DNA of 64,000 nt, from contig JAZQZO010000030.1 in NCBI GenBank assembly GCA_045634065.1, positions 3,808 to 67,807 on the forward strand, in the 5' to 3' direction. The notes under the pieces were generated by a model, which saw only the letters and a list, made by a program, of their open reading frames with translations, ran no database searches and was not told the origin of the DNA. Below, one piece after another: positions 14,969 to 24,177 of the stretch (the first letter of the stretch is position 1; every line of letters starts with the position of its first letter). Source of the DNA: Acutalibacteraceae bacterium (GTDB lineage: Bacteria > Bacillota > Clostridia > Oscillospirales > Acutalibacteraceae). A program made the translations under genes and the position numbers.

Positions 14969-16315
14969 TTGACGATGCAAACGCCTTACATAGCTAAAGC
15001 AGAGCCAAGAGAAATGGCAGGAAACATCCCCGTTTTCTGTTCATTTGATGAAATAATCCCTTTGGAGAGCATCATCCCCAATCCAAAGAACCCGAACACA
15101 CACCCAAAAGAGCAAATCCAATTGTTATCAAACATCATATCGTCACAAGGTTGGCGTATGCCGATTGTTGTTAGTACCCGGAGCGGATTTATCGTGAAAG
15201 GACACGGTCGCCTGGAAGCAGCAAAAGAGGCAGGAATGGAAGTTGTACCTGTTGAGTATCAGAATTACGGTACAGAAGCGGAAGAGTATGCGGACCTTAT
15301 CGCTGACAACCGTATTGCTGAACTGAGTATCATTGATGAAAACCTGCTATCGGAGCTTCTTGCAGAGATGGAAGAAGAGTATCAAGAGCTGACAGGCTAT
15401 TCAGAAGATGAGTTGACGGACTTATTGAGTGAACTCGAAAGCGAGACAGAGAGCTACACGGAAGTAGATGCAGATGATTTTGAAGCAGAGCCGCCTGCGA
15501 TCCCCACAGCGAAAAGAGGAGACATTTATCAATTAGGAAGGCACCGACTTATGTGCGGAGACAGCACAGACCCCGACGATGTGTATAAGCTGATGGACGG
15601 AGCGACCTGCTCACTGCTCATAACCGACCCACCTTACAATGTGAACTACGAAGGCGGTACTGATGAAAAACTGACCATTCAGAACGATAACATGGATGAT
15701 AAGAGCTTCAGGCTGTTTCTTGCATCTGCTTTTAAGTGTGCAGACAATGTGATGAAACCGGGAGCGGCTTTTTATATATGGCACGCAGACAGTGAAGGAT
15801 ACAACTTCCGAGGAGCGTGCAGGGACAACAATTGGAAAGTAAGACAATGCCTGATATGGCGAAAGAACAGCCTCGTTCTCGGCAGACAGGACTACCATTG
15901 GCAGCACGAGCCGTGTCTATACGGTTGGAAAGACGGTGCAAGCCATTTTTGGAACTCAGACAGAAGTCAAACAACTATCCTCGACTTCGATAAACCCTCA
16001 AGAAACGGTGAACATCCTACGATGAAGCCCGTTGATTTATTTTCGTACCAAATCCAAAACAACACAAAAAAGAATGATTATGTCCTTGATTTATTCGGAG
16101 GAAGCGGAACAACGCTCGTTGCTTGTGAACAGCTTGACCGTGTGAGCTTCACAATGGAACTCGACCCTCGATATGTGGATGTAATCGTTCACAGATACGA
16201 AGAACTAACAGGAGATAAGGCGGTGTTACTCAATGCAACTGATGCAAGTAGTGCTGTTGAAGAAGTTGAGAAAGTACGGAAAAAACCTCACAAGACAGCA
16301 GTACAGAACGATTAA
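14969..16315 (+). CDS. ParB-like nuclease domain fused to an N6-adenine/N4-cytosine DNA methyltransferase
   Basis: IIPNPKNPNTHP...VKGHGRLEAAKEAG (ParB N-terminus), LLITDPPYNV (motif IV) and EHPTMKPV...LDLFGGSGTT (motif I). The TTG start lies 8 nt after GGAGAG. Confidence 0.85.
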   Translation: MTMQTPYIAKAEPREMAGNIPVFCSFDEIIPLESIIPNPKNPNTHPKEQIQLLSNIISSQGWRMPIVVSTRSGFIVKGHGRLEAAKEAGMEVVPVEYQNYGTEAEEYADLIADNRIAELSIIDENLLSELLAEMEEEYQELTGYSEDELTDLLSELESETESYTEVDADDFEAEPPAIPTAKRGDIYQLGRHRLMCGDSTDPDDVYKLMDGATCSLLITDPPYNVNYEGGTDEKLTIQNDNMDDKSFRLFLASAFKCADNVMKPGAAFYIWHADSEGYNFRGACRDNNWKVRQCLIWRKNSLVLGRQDYHWQHEPCLYGWKDGASHFWNSDRSQTTILDFDKPSRNGEHPTMKPVDLFSYQIQNNTKKNDYVLDLFGGSGTTLVACEQLDRVSFTMELDPRYVDVIVHRYEELTGDKAVLLNATDASSAVEEVEKVRKKPHKTAVQND

Positions 16316-16463
16316 AGGACAAATCCTCTCAGGTGACACAGAAGGTGCATCAAAGGGATTAAATAAATTGCTTTCAATTCAAGCGGAGAAAGGCGGTGAG
16401 ATGAATGGCAAAGAAGAAAAACACGGAGATAGAGCCGTTACCGTGGGAACCATTACCGGGTGA
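16233..16463 (+). CDS. Possible small protein overlapping both neighbours
   Basis: The segment LTRQQYRTIKGQILSGDTEGASKGLNKLL looks like a small helical phage protein seen upstream of terminases. However, it overlaps the MTase 3' end and the terS 5' end. Confidence 0.3.
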   Translation: MQLMQVVLLKKLRKYGKNLTRQQYRTIKGQILSGDTEGASKGLNKLLSIQAEKGGEMNGKEEKHGDRAVTVGTITG

Positions 16464-16929
16464 AAGTGCGAAAAAATACGAAGCATTTCAACACTATCTG
16501 AATATGAAAACGGACACAGATGACAGAAGCCTTCGTAAAGTTGCTTTTGACCTTAACAAAAGTTTAACGCATATAGGCACACTTTCAAGTCAGTACAATT
16601 GGGTAAGTAGAGCGGATGCTTATGACAAAGAACAATTGAGACTTGCACAGAAAGAACAAATAGATGCCATCAAGAAAATGAGAAAGCGACACGCAAACAT
16701 CTCTGTTCAGATGCTCACTAAGGCTATGCAGAAAATGAGTATGATGGAAGCGGCAGAACTGACTCCGCAGGATGTGAAAGCCTGGGTAGAAACAGCATCC
16801 AAACTTGAACGCCTGAGCCGTGGTGATACGAGCGAGGTTATTGAAGAGCGTGACGGTGGCGCAGCTATTAACCCTGTGTCTATCTACATACCTGACAACG
16901 GAAGGGACGGTGACACAGATGAAGAATGA
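16405..16929 (+). CDS. terS: Terminase small subunit
   Basis: Position directly upstream of terL. The N-terminus ...ESAKKYEAFQHYLNM...RSLRKVAFDLNKSLTHIGTLSSQYNWVSRADAYD is HTH-like and typical of TerS. Confidence 0.6.
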   Translation: MAKKKNTEIEPLPWEPLPGESAKKYEAFQHYLNMKTDTDDRSLRKVAFDLNKSLTHIGTLSSQYNWVSRADAYDKEQLRLAQKEQIDAIKKMRKRHANISVQMLTKAMQKMSMMEAAELTPQDVKAWVETASKLERLSRGDTSEVIEERDGGAAINPVSIYIPDNGRDGDTDEE

Positions 16930-17113
16930 GAGTTTAATAGCTCTTGTAACCTTTGTGGAATCGTTAATTGACCATTTTCAGAGTTCTATGGCAACCATTG
17001 ACCCTGAATACGGCTATCAGAATGAACTACTTGAAGAAGAGGCACAGAAGCTCAAAGACGAGTTCAGAGAGCTGTTGAACGCTGTGCTTGAGGCAGGTGA
17101 TGCCAATGCCTGA
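16919..17113 (+). CDS. Hypothetical small protein
   Basis: ATG 16919 overlaps the terS stop. 64 aa, acidic and helical. Confidence 0.45.
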   Translation: MKNESLIALVTFVESLIDHFQSSMATIDPEYGYQNELLEEEAQKLKDEFRELLNAVLEAGDANA

Positions 17114-18529
17114 AATCAGACCACAGAAGGGACCACAGGAAGCTTTTTTGTCTTCACCCGCTGACATCGTGATTTATGGCGGTTAGGTGCTGCAGGTGGT
17201 GGCAAATCATACGCCATCCTTATGGAGCCGCTCAGACACATCAACAACGGGCAGTTCGGCGCTGTTATCTTCCGTCAGAATGCAAACCAGGTCACCAATG
17301 AAGGTGGTTTGTGGGACACTTCTCAGGAGATATATCACGGCATCGGCAAGGCCATTAAGTCACCCCGTCCGATGTGGCGGTTTCCGAGCGGTGCGAGAGT
17401 CACATTCTCACACCTTGAGAACAACGAAGCGGTACACAAATGGCAGGGTTCTCAGATATGCCTGATAGAGTTTGACGAGCTGACACACTTCACAGAGTAT
17501 CAGTTTTTCTATATGCTCTCCCGTAACCGTTCGACCTGCGGTGTTAAACCGTATGTCAGAGCAACCTGCAACCCCGATGCAGAGAGTTGGGTCGCACCGT
17601 TCATTCAATGGTGGTGGGACCCTGACACAGGCTATGCCATTCCCGAAAGAAGCGGTAAAATCCGCTACATGATAAGACGAGACAACATCATCCATTGGGG
17701 CGACACCAAAGAGGAGCTGTGGGAGAAATTCGACCTGCAGACAGATGAAGACAAAGCGGCAGTTAAATCTGTTACTTTCATTGCTTCAAGCCTCAAGGAT
17801 AATCAAATCCTGATGAAAGCCGATCCTGGGTATATGGCTAACCTTCTTGCTCTCTCTATCGTAGAGCAGGAGCGACTACTCCGTGGTAACTGGAAAATCA
17901 AATCCGCTGCAGGTCTGTACTTTAAACGAAGTCAGATACCGAGTGATGGATGGTTGACCGAGATACCGAATGATGTAGTCCGTTGGGTGCGTGGTTGGGA
18001 CTTGGCAGCCACTGACGAAGATGAAGACGGCGACCCTGCATATACAGCCGGTGTTCTCATCGGCAGAAGAAAGAACGGTCGTTTTGTGGTGGCTGATGTC
18101 ACTAACAAGCGATTGAAAGCGGCAGGTGTCCGTGAACACATCAAAGCAACCGCTGTAATGGACAAAGCTCGCTTTAAGTCCAAATACAAAGTCCGCTTAC
18201 CACAAGACCCGGGACAAGCAGGTAAAGACCAGGCAGAAAACTTCATCAAGTTCCTTGCAGGCTTCTCTGTTACAGCTGAACGAGAAAGCGGAAGCAAGGA
18301 AACACGAGCAGAGCCGTTTGCAGCACAATGGCAGCACGGCAATGTAGACATTGTTATCGGTGAATGGAACGAGATGTATATTCAACAGCTTGAGGCATTT
18401 CCTGAATCTAAGTTCAAAGATATGGTCGATGCTTCTTCATCCGCTTTTAACGAGCTGATGAAATTCAACGTTTCAGCACCGCCACCGAGTGACCTCGGTA
18501 ACACACAAACATCCTATTGGAAAAAATAA
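17106..18529 (+). CDS. terL: Terminase large subunit, reading frame broken just before Walker A
   Basis: ATG 17106 gives MPEIRPQKGPQEAFLSSPADIVIYGG, then TAG at 17184. The -1 frame continues (L)GAAGGGKSYAILMEPL... to 18529 (ORF 17222..18529), including the FDELTH Walker B-like motif and a nuclease half. Confidence 0.8.
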
Positions 18530-18547
18530 CGAAAGAGGTGATTACTT

Positions 18548-19960
18548 ATGCCCAAGAACAAAGGAGAGCTTGGCCGTGTAGGTCAGTACAAAATAAGCGG
18601 TACATTCTTTGAGGAGTTCCTTCACGAGCTTCGTGGACTCAAAGGCGTTGAAGTGTACAAGGAGATGGCAAACAACGATGAAATGGTGTATGCCATTCTT
18701 TTTGCCGTTGAGATGCTTATCCGTAACTGTGAATTCACAGTAGAGGGAGCAAGCGAAAAAGAAGTTGACAAGAAAGCGGCTGAGTTCATTGAAGAGTGTA
18801 TGCACGATATGCAGTTCACTTGGCAGGATACACTCAGCGAGATACTCTCATTCATCACCTATGGATGGAGCTATCACGAAATTGTTTACAAAAGACGTGT
18901 CGGCAAGACAAAGCACCCCCGTACAAGCAGTAAGTATGATGACGGTCTTATCGGTTGGTGTAAGCTCCCCATCAGAAGTCAGGACACCCTGTATGCGTGG
19001 GAATACGATGAATACGATGACCTTATCGGTATGGTGCAAGCCGCTCCCCCGACGTATGAACACGTTCTGATCCCCATTGACAAAGCCCTACACTTTACCA
19101 CAAAGAGCAACAAATCAAATCCCGAAGGTCGCTCCATTCTCCGTGGTGCGTATCGCTCCTGGGCGTTCAAGAAACGTCTGCAGGAAATTGAAGGCATCGG
19201 TATTGAGCGTGGTCTTGCAGGTTTCCCCGTTCTGACAGGTCCCGAAGATGTCAACATATGGGACACAAAAGACGACCCCGAAATGCAGATAGCTCTCAGC
19301 CGCTTAGAGGCAATCGTATCCGGCATCCGAATGGATGAAAGAGCAGGTCTTGTTCTGCCGTTTGGATACAAACTTGAATTCCTCGGACCCACAACCAAGA
19401 GCAACTTTGACATCAATGAGACCATTGAGCGTTACGACAAACGAATTGCAACCACCGTAATGGCAGACTTCATTCTCCTCGGTCAGCAGTCCGTTGGTAG
19501 CTTTGCTCTTTCAAGTAACAAAACAAAGCTCTTTGCCTGTGCTATCGGTGCTTTCCTCGACACTATCTGTGAGGTATTCAACAACCAGGCCATTCCCCGT
19601 CTTATTGACCTCAATGAGGAACACTTCAAAGGCATCGCCGATTATCCGAAGATGGTACACAGCGACATTGAAGAGCCTGACCTTGAGAAGCTCGGCAACT
19701 TCATCAAAGATATGGTCGGCTGTGGTGCATTGTTCCCGGATGAAGGCATTGACGATTACATCAGACAGGTCGCAAAGTTACCTGAAAGACAGGATGAATA
19801 TGATTACGGCGTACCGCAGGAAGGTGACGACCCTGCAAGCGGTGGAAAGCCTACTGTCAACAGCGGCAGGAAGAACCCGAAAGCCAAAGACGACCCCGAT
19901 GATGAAGAAATCGAAGAGGACGACCCCGACCCCGACGATGATGACGACAAAGATGTGTAA
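18548..19960 (+). CDS. Portal protein
   Basis: 470 aa, between terL and the MuF gene. YKEMANNDEMVYAILFAVEMLIRNCEFTV fits a Mu gp29/DUF935-like N-terminal pattern. Acidic C-terminal tail. Confidence 0.75.
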   Translation: MPKNKGELGRVGQYKISGTFFEEFLHELRGLKGVEVYKEMANNDEMVYAILFAVEMLIRNCEFTVEGASEKEVDKKAAEFIEECMHDMQFTWQDTLSEILSFITYGWSYHEIVYKRRVGKTKHPRTSSKYDDGLIGWCKLPIRSQDTLYAWEYDEYDDLIGMVQAAPPTYEHVLIPIDKALHFTTKSNKSNPEGRSILRGAYRSWAFKKRLQEIEGIGIERGLAGFPVLTGPEDVNIWDTKDDPEMQIALSRLEAIVSGIRMDERAGLVLPFGYKLEFLGPTTKSNFDINETIERYDKRIATTVMADFILLGQQSVGSFALSSNKTKLFACAIGAFLDTICEVFNNQAIPRLIDLNEEHFKGIADYPKMVHSDIEEPDLEKLGNFIKDMVGCGALFPDEGIDDYIRQVAKLPERQDEYDYGVPQEGDDPASGGKPTVNSGRKNPKAKDDPDDEEIEEDDPDPDDDDDKDV

Positions 19961-20049
19961 TTGCTGTACCGTAGCGGTATAGTTTCTGTGCTGTTTCGGT
20001 GACTTTTACACATTTTCCACAGAGTTTTCAACAATAAAGGAGAAGCAAG

Positions 20050-21759
20050 ATGGCAATATTCTTTTATAATGACCCCTCTGTCAGCAAAGCCAACCACATA
20101 GCTCTCCGACAGCTTTACTCATTCATTGATATTAACCAACCACGGCTTGCAAGGTTCTTGAACAATATGTGGAGAGAACAAGAGAAAGCTATCACCTATA
20201 AACAAATCCGTGAAGCGATCCTCAACGGTGACCTCACATCGGCAATGGTCGAGTCGTGGCAGCAGTCATACAGCCGCTTTGTTGCGGAGCATATGTTACC
20301 GAAATGGGAAGAAGCATTCAAGGCTTCCGCTGTCGAGCTGAAAAACAAATATCCTCAGTTTGCCTTTGACGGTACAGCAGAGGCTGTAAGGCAGTGGAAT
20401 ATGGACAATGCTGCCCGTTTTGTTACCAACAGCACCACAGAGCAAATCAACGGCTTACGAGCGGCTATCAGGCAGGCGACAGAGCTTTGCGAGAACGGAA
20501 TGAATGTAGATAGCCTCAGCCGTGTTATTCGCCCTATGGTGGGCCTTACAGACCGTCAGACGAGAGCAAACCTCAACTACTACCAAAAGCTCCTTGATAA
20601 CGGTGTAAAGGAAAAGAAAGCACAGGAAATGGCTATCAAGTACAGCGCCAAGCAACACCGCTACCGTGCACAGATGATAGCTCGTACTGAGTTAGCTTTT
20701 TCCTACAATCAAGGACAGTTCCTCGCCGTTAAGCAGGCACAGGAGCAGAACCTTATGGGTAAATGTCGTAAGGTGTGGGTAACAGCGGATACAGAGCGAA
20801 CCTGTCCCTACTGTAACGCCCTTGACGGTGAAGAAATCGAAATGGATGAGGACTTCAATATTCAAACCAACCTCAAAGGCAGTCTCATTAAGAGATGTCC
20901 CCCTGCACACCCTCATTGTATGTGTGCTATCAACTACATCGAAGTAGAACCACCCGTATTTCAGCCGGAAGAGCCTGCACAGCAACCCGAAGAAGAAGCA
21001 GCGGATGAAGATGTATTCGTTCCTGCAAAGAGCATCAAAGAGGCAAATGAGTACGCTCAGAATGTTCTCGGTATTCCCCACGCTGACTACAAAGGTACAT
21101 CCCTTGAAGTAGCTAACGAGTGGAACAGAGGACTTTTCGACAACTTCAAGCGTTTCCCCGAGCTGAGAGACAACTTTGACTTTGTCGGCACCTGTCAGAA
21201 CCGTAACAAGCTCGCAAAGAAAGAGCTTTATCCGTATGTTATGGATAAATTCAAGCGGGTGAACCCCGGATACACCGAGGCACAGCTTGATAAAGCGGTT
21301 AAGCAATACATCACCAAGAAGTATGCACCGCCTATATCGTCCTCTGTGTATGCTCAGAGTTCAAAGATAGGCAAAATCAAAGGTGTTACCATCAGCGACA
21401 AATGGCAAGGTGAGAAATTCCTCAATTCAATCAAGGAAGACGTTGTTTTCAAGTTTCACCCTCAAGGCTGTGACACAATCCGATCCATACTCGACCACGA
21501 AATCGGACATCAGATTGATGATATGCTCGACCTTTGGGACAATGTTGAAATTGCAAGGCTGTTCAAGAGTATGACACCGGGTGAAATGACCAACAAACTG
21601 AGCCGCTACGCCTGGGACAACAGCAACATGATGAAAGAGCGTGAATTCGTGGCTGAAGCGTGGTCTGAATATGTAAACAACCCCGAACCGAGAGAAGTCG
21701 CCCGTAAAGTCGGTGAAATCATTGAAGAAGAATATCGTAAATTTAAAGCAAGACAGTAA
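20050..21759 (+). CDS. Head-morphogenesis MuF/SPP1 gp7-like protein fused to a C-terminal HExxH zincin-like domain
   Basis: MuF core ARTELAFSYNQGQ...TCPYCNALDGE...PPAHPHCMCAI. The C-terminal ~265 aa carry HEIGH (nt 21496) and a downstream EFVAEAWSEY. Confidence 0.8.
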   Translation: MAIFFYNDPSVSKANHIALRQLYSFIDINQPRLARFLNNMWREQEKAITYKQIREAILNGDLTSAMVESWQQSYSRFVAEHMLPKWEEAFKASAVELKNKYPQFAFDGTAEAVRQWNMDNAARFVTNSTTEQINGLRAAIRQATELCENGMNVDSLSRVIRPMVGLTDRQTRANLNYYQKLLDNGVKEKKAQEMAIKYSAKQHRYRAQMIARTELAFSYNQGQFLAVKQAQEQNLMGKCRKVWVTADTERTCPYCNALDGEEIEMDEDFNIQTNLKGSLIKRCPPAHPHCMCAINYIEVEPPVFQPEEPAQQPEEEAADEDVFVPAKSIKEANEYAQNVLGIPHADYKGTSLEVANEWNRGLFDNFKRFPELRDNFDFVGTCQNRNKLAKKELYPYVMDKFKRVNPGYTEAQLDKAVKQYITKKYAPPISSSVYAQSSKIGKIKGVTISDKWQGEKFLNSIKEDVVFKFHPQGCDTIRSILDHEIGHQIDDMLDLWDNVEIARLFKSMTPGEMTNKLSRYAWDNSNMMKEREFVAEAWSEYVNNPEPREVARKVGEIIEEEYRKFKARQ

Positions 21760-21771
21760 GGAGTGAAACAA

Positions 21772-22038
21772 ATGTATAATGCAAATGGATTGATACAAGG
21801 TTGGCAGTGTCCTGTATGTGGTCGTGTGCTTTCACCGTTTACAGCGGAATGTCCTTGTTACAGAGAGCAGCAGACCGCATCCGCCACAACAACGACCGAC
21901 CCAAGAGCAAACATAGCAGACACAAGTATATGCTGTGACCACAATTGGGTGTTTAATGGTCCCGTGACAGCAGGTACACAATACTACTGCTCCAAATGCG
22001 GAGCAACCAAAACAGAACCATTCGGAGGAATTATCTAA
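21772..22038 (+). CDS. Small zinc-ribbon protein
   Basis: CPVCG...CPC and CSKCG pairs. ATG 21772 follows TAAGGAGTGAAACAA. Confidence 0.5.
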   Translation: MYNANGLIQGWQCPVCGRVLSPFTAECPCYREQQTASATTTTDPRANIADTSICCDHNWVFNGPVTAGTQYYCSKCGATKTEPFGGII

Positions 22039-22223
22039 TGGCAAAGAAAAGACCGATTATCGAACCGCCCGTTGATGAAGACCTCATCCCCACCTACAAA
22101 GACCCTCCGCTCAAGCCTCACGGTGATGTGAAGCTCGATGAAAAAGGACACATCATTGAAGAAGATGTCGCTAAGAGCTTCGATGAGTGCCTCGCAGAGC
22201 TTGAAGAAGCGGAAGATTGGTAA
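22038..22223 (+). CDS. Hypothetical small acidic protein
   Basis: ATG 22038 overlaps the upstream stop (TAATG). 61 aa. Confidence 0.45.
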   Translation: MAKKRPIIEPPVDEDLIPTYKDPPLKPHGDVKLDEKGHIIEEDVAKSFDECLAELEEAEDW

Positions 22224-22290
22224 AAAATGATATCAAGATATCAAAAAGCCTCGTTTTAAGGACAAAAATCAGGCTATTTTCAAAAATCTC

Positions 22291-22320
22291 TTGATTTTGA
22301 AAATTATCTCGATATATAAT
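22291..22320 (+). promoter_or_regulatory. Promoter inside the morphogenesis cluster
   Basis: TTGATT (22291-22296), 18 nt, TATAAT (22315-22320), in a 332-bp non-coding gap. Confidence 0.5.
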
Positions 22321-22397
22321 TAAATATGGAATAATTTAGTAGACGGTTTTTTTCCATATGTTTTCTCCGACTTCTGCTTTATTCCACCACAAAATTC

Positions 22398-22505
22398 AAG
22401 AACCGCTATACCGTGCACCTCTTTTTTCATGATTTACATTTCCTTTCATGTTTTGCCTAACACCTTTTAAAAGAGCATAGAGGGGTGTTGGGTATAGCGG
22501 TTCTT
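22398..22505 (+). promoter_or_regulatory. Structured leader element (long-range 15-bp stem with competing inner helices)
   Basis: AAGAACCGCTATACC (22398-22412) is perfectly complementary to GGTATAGCGGTTCTT (22491-22505) and is followed by a U-rich run. The inner CCTAACACC/GGTGTTGGG helix overlaps the outer 3' arm. Confidence 0.5.
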
Positions 22506-22555
22506 TTCTATTTACCCTCAAAAAAACACACAGAGCAAGAAGGTGTGACTCCATT

Positions 22556-23032
22556 ATGAGCAAAGCTGTTAGTTTTACAGAAGCATTACAGAAAATGAAC
22601 AGCCCCAAAACAGAAGAAAACCCGAATTTTTATGTTTATAAGACGGATAATGATAAAAGGCTCGTTTTCGGATGGGCTAATGTTGCTATCCGTGTTGATG
22701 GCGAGCAGATACAAGACCTTCAGGACGATATTATCGACCCTGAGAACCTTGCAGAAGCCGCCTATAATTACGTCCTCAACTTCCGTGCCGGCGGAGAGGA
22801 ACATAACCCCGGCCTGAGAAACAAGGCTCGATTAGTAGAGAGCTGTGTCTTTACTACCGAGAAGATGAACGCTATGGGATTGCCGGAAGGTATCTTACCC
22901 CAGGGTTGGTGGATTGGCTTCTATGTCGATGATGACGATGCCTGGGAGAAGATAAAGAACGGTGATTACCTGATGTTCTCCATTGAAGGAACAGGTCGCA
23001 GAATTCCATTGGAAGGAGGTGAGGATGAATGA
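22556..23032 (+). CDS. XkdF-like prohead protease
   Basis: KRLVFGWANVA...DDIIDPENLAEAAYNYV...GGEEHN...GWWIGFYVDDDDAWEKIKNGDYLMFSIEG. Confidence 0.7.
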   Translation: MSKAVSFTEALQKMNSPKTEENPNFYVYKTDNDKRLVFGWANVAIRVDGEQIQDLQDDIIDPENLAEAAYNYVLNFRAGGEEHNPGLRNKARLVESCVFTTEKMNAMGLPEGILPQGWWIGFYVDDDDAWEKIKNGDYLMFSIEGTGRRIPLEGGEDE

Positions 23033-24144
23033 GCGGAAAAAAGAAGAAGGGCCAAAAGCTCGAACTTGGGCAATTAGTTAGCGTTGACCTCTGCCAACAG
23101 GGTGCCAATCCCGATGCACACATATGCCTGTATAAGAATGCAGACGGCGCAGCTACACCCTCAGACCCCAATCCCCCTGCCAATACTCCCACAGCGGAAA
23201 CCTCTCTTTTTGAGAAGTTTGCGAGCTATCTTGTCAATGCATTTAAGTCAAGTGCAAACATTTTTCCCGTTGAAGAGTTTGAAAAGGATGCAATGTCCTT
23301 TAATAACATCACAGCTCGACAGGAAGTAGACGAGAACCTGTGGAAGTACCTGAGAGCATTCTCGGAGTCCGTTGAAAGCATTGTCAAAGACGGAGACCTT
23401 GAAGCGGCTCAGAAAACCACTAAGCTGAACGAAACCCTTTCACAGTTCAGCACAAAAATGCAATCACTCTTTCCTGCACTTGTTGGCGTTAGTGTCAATG
23501 ACGAACCCCAGGAAGGCGTTGATAAATCCAAAGTAGAAGGAGACGATAACATGGATTTCAATTTCGATAACATCGACAAAAGCAAGTTAACAGCTGAAGA
23601 ACTCGCAACATTCGAGGAACTTGCAAAGAAAAGTATGACTGCACCTGAAGAAGACCAAATCGGCGGTAAAGTTGCAGACCCTACACCCGTAGTCACAGAA
23701 AAGGCTGCACCCGTTGCAGAAGAGACAAACCCTGCACTCGCAAAGGCTCTCGCAGAAGTCGAAGCTCTCAAGAAGAGTTACGAGGAAGGCATTGAGAAGC
23801 AGGCAAAAGCAGAAATGCTCGACCTTGCTAAGAAGTACGCACCGCTCGGCAAGAAGCCTGAAGAAATCGCAGACACTCTGTACAACCTCAAGAAGTCAGG
23901 TGAAGCTAACTACAATGCGTATGTTGCTGCACTCGATGCAAACCTTGAGCTTGCAAACAAGAGCAATCTCTTCAACGAAATCGGCAAGAGCACACACGGC
24001 GACAGCAGCTCAAATGCTGAAGCACAGCTCACAGAAATCGCAAAAGGCTTCATGAAAAACGACCCTGCACTCAACTTTAACGAAGCAATGGTTAAGGCTT
24101 GTGAAGAGAACCCTGTGCTTCGTGCAGAGTACGAAAATATGTAA
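23029..24144 (+). CDS. Scaffold-like protein
   Basis: 371 aa, acidic, Ala/Glu/Lys-rich and helical. It lies between the protease and the capsid genes. Confidence 0.6.
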   Translation: MSGKKKKGQKLELGQLVSVDLCQQGANPDAHICLYKNADGAATPSDPNPPANTPTAETSLFEKFASYLVNAFKSSANIFPVEEFEKDAMSFNNITARQEVDENLWKYLRAFSESVESIVKDGDLEAAQKTTKLNETLSQFSTKMQSLFPALVGVSVNDEPQEGVDKSKVEGDDNMDFNFDNIDKSKLTAEELATFEELAKKSMTAPEEDQIGGKVADPTPVVTEKAAPVAEETNPALAKALAEVEALKKSYEEGIEKQAKAEMLDLAKKYAPLGKKPEEIADTLYNLKKSGEANYNAYVAALDANLELANKSNLFNEIGKSTHGDSSSNAEAQLTEIAKGFMKNDPALNFNEAMVKACEENPVLRAEYENM

Positions 24145-24177
24145 TCAAACTCATTCCAAGAAAGGAGTATATGCGCT

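Noticed and set aside
17165-17186. Programmed -1 ribosomal frameshift as the explanation for the split terminase.
   Set aside because: The 22-nt frame overlap contains no X XXY YYZ heptamer, and tRNA re-pairing at GGT-TAG is poor. A 1-nt indel in a T-run is the simpler explanation.
22396-22608. 70-aa minus-strand ORF and a 24-codon + strand ORF in the 22.2-22.55 kb gap.
   Set aside because: Neither has an RBS or a recognisable motif. The sequence is better explained by the promoter and the long-range RNA helices.
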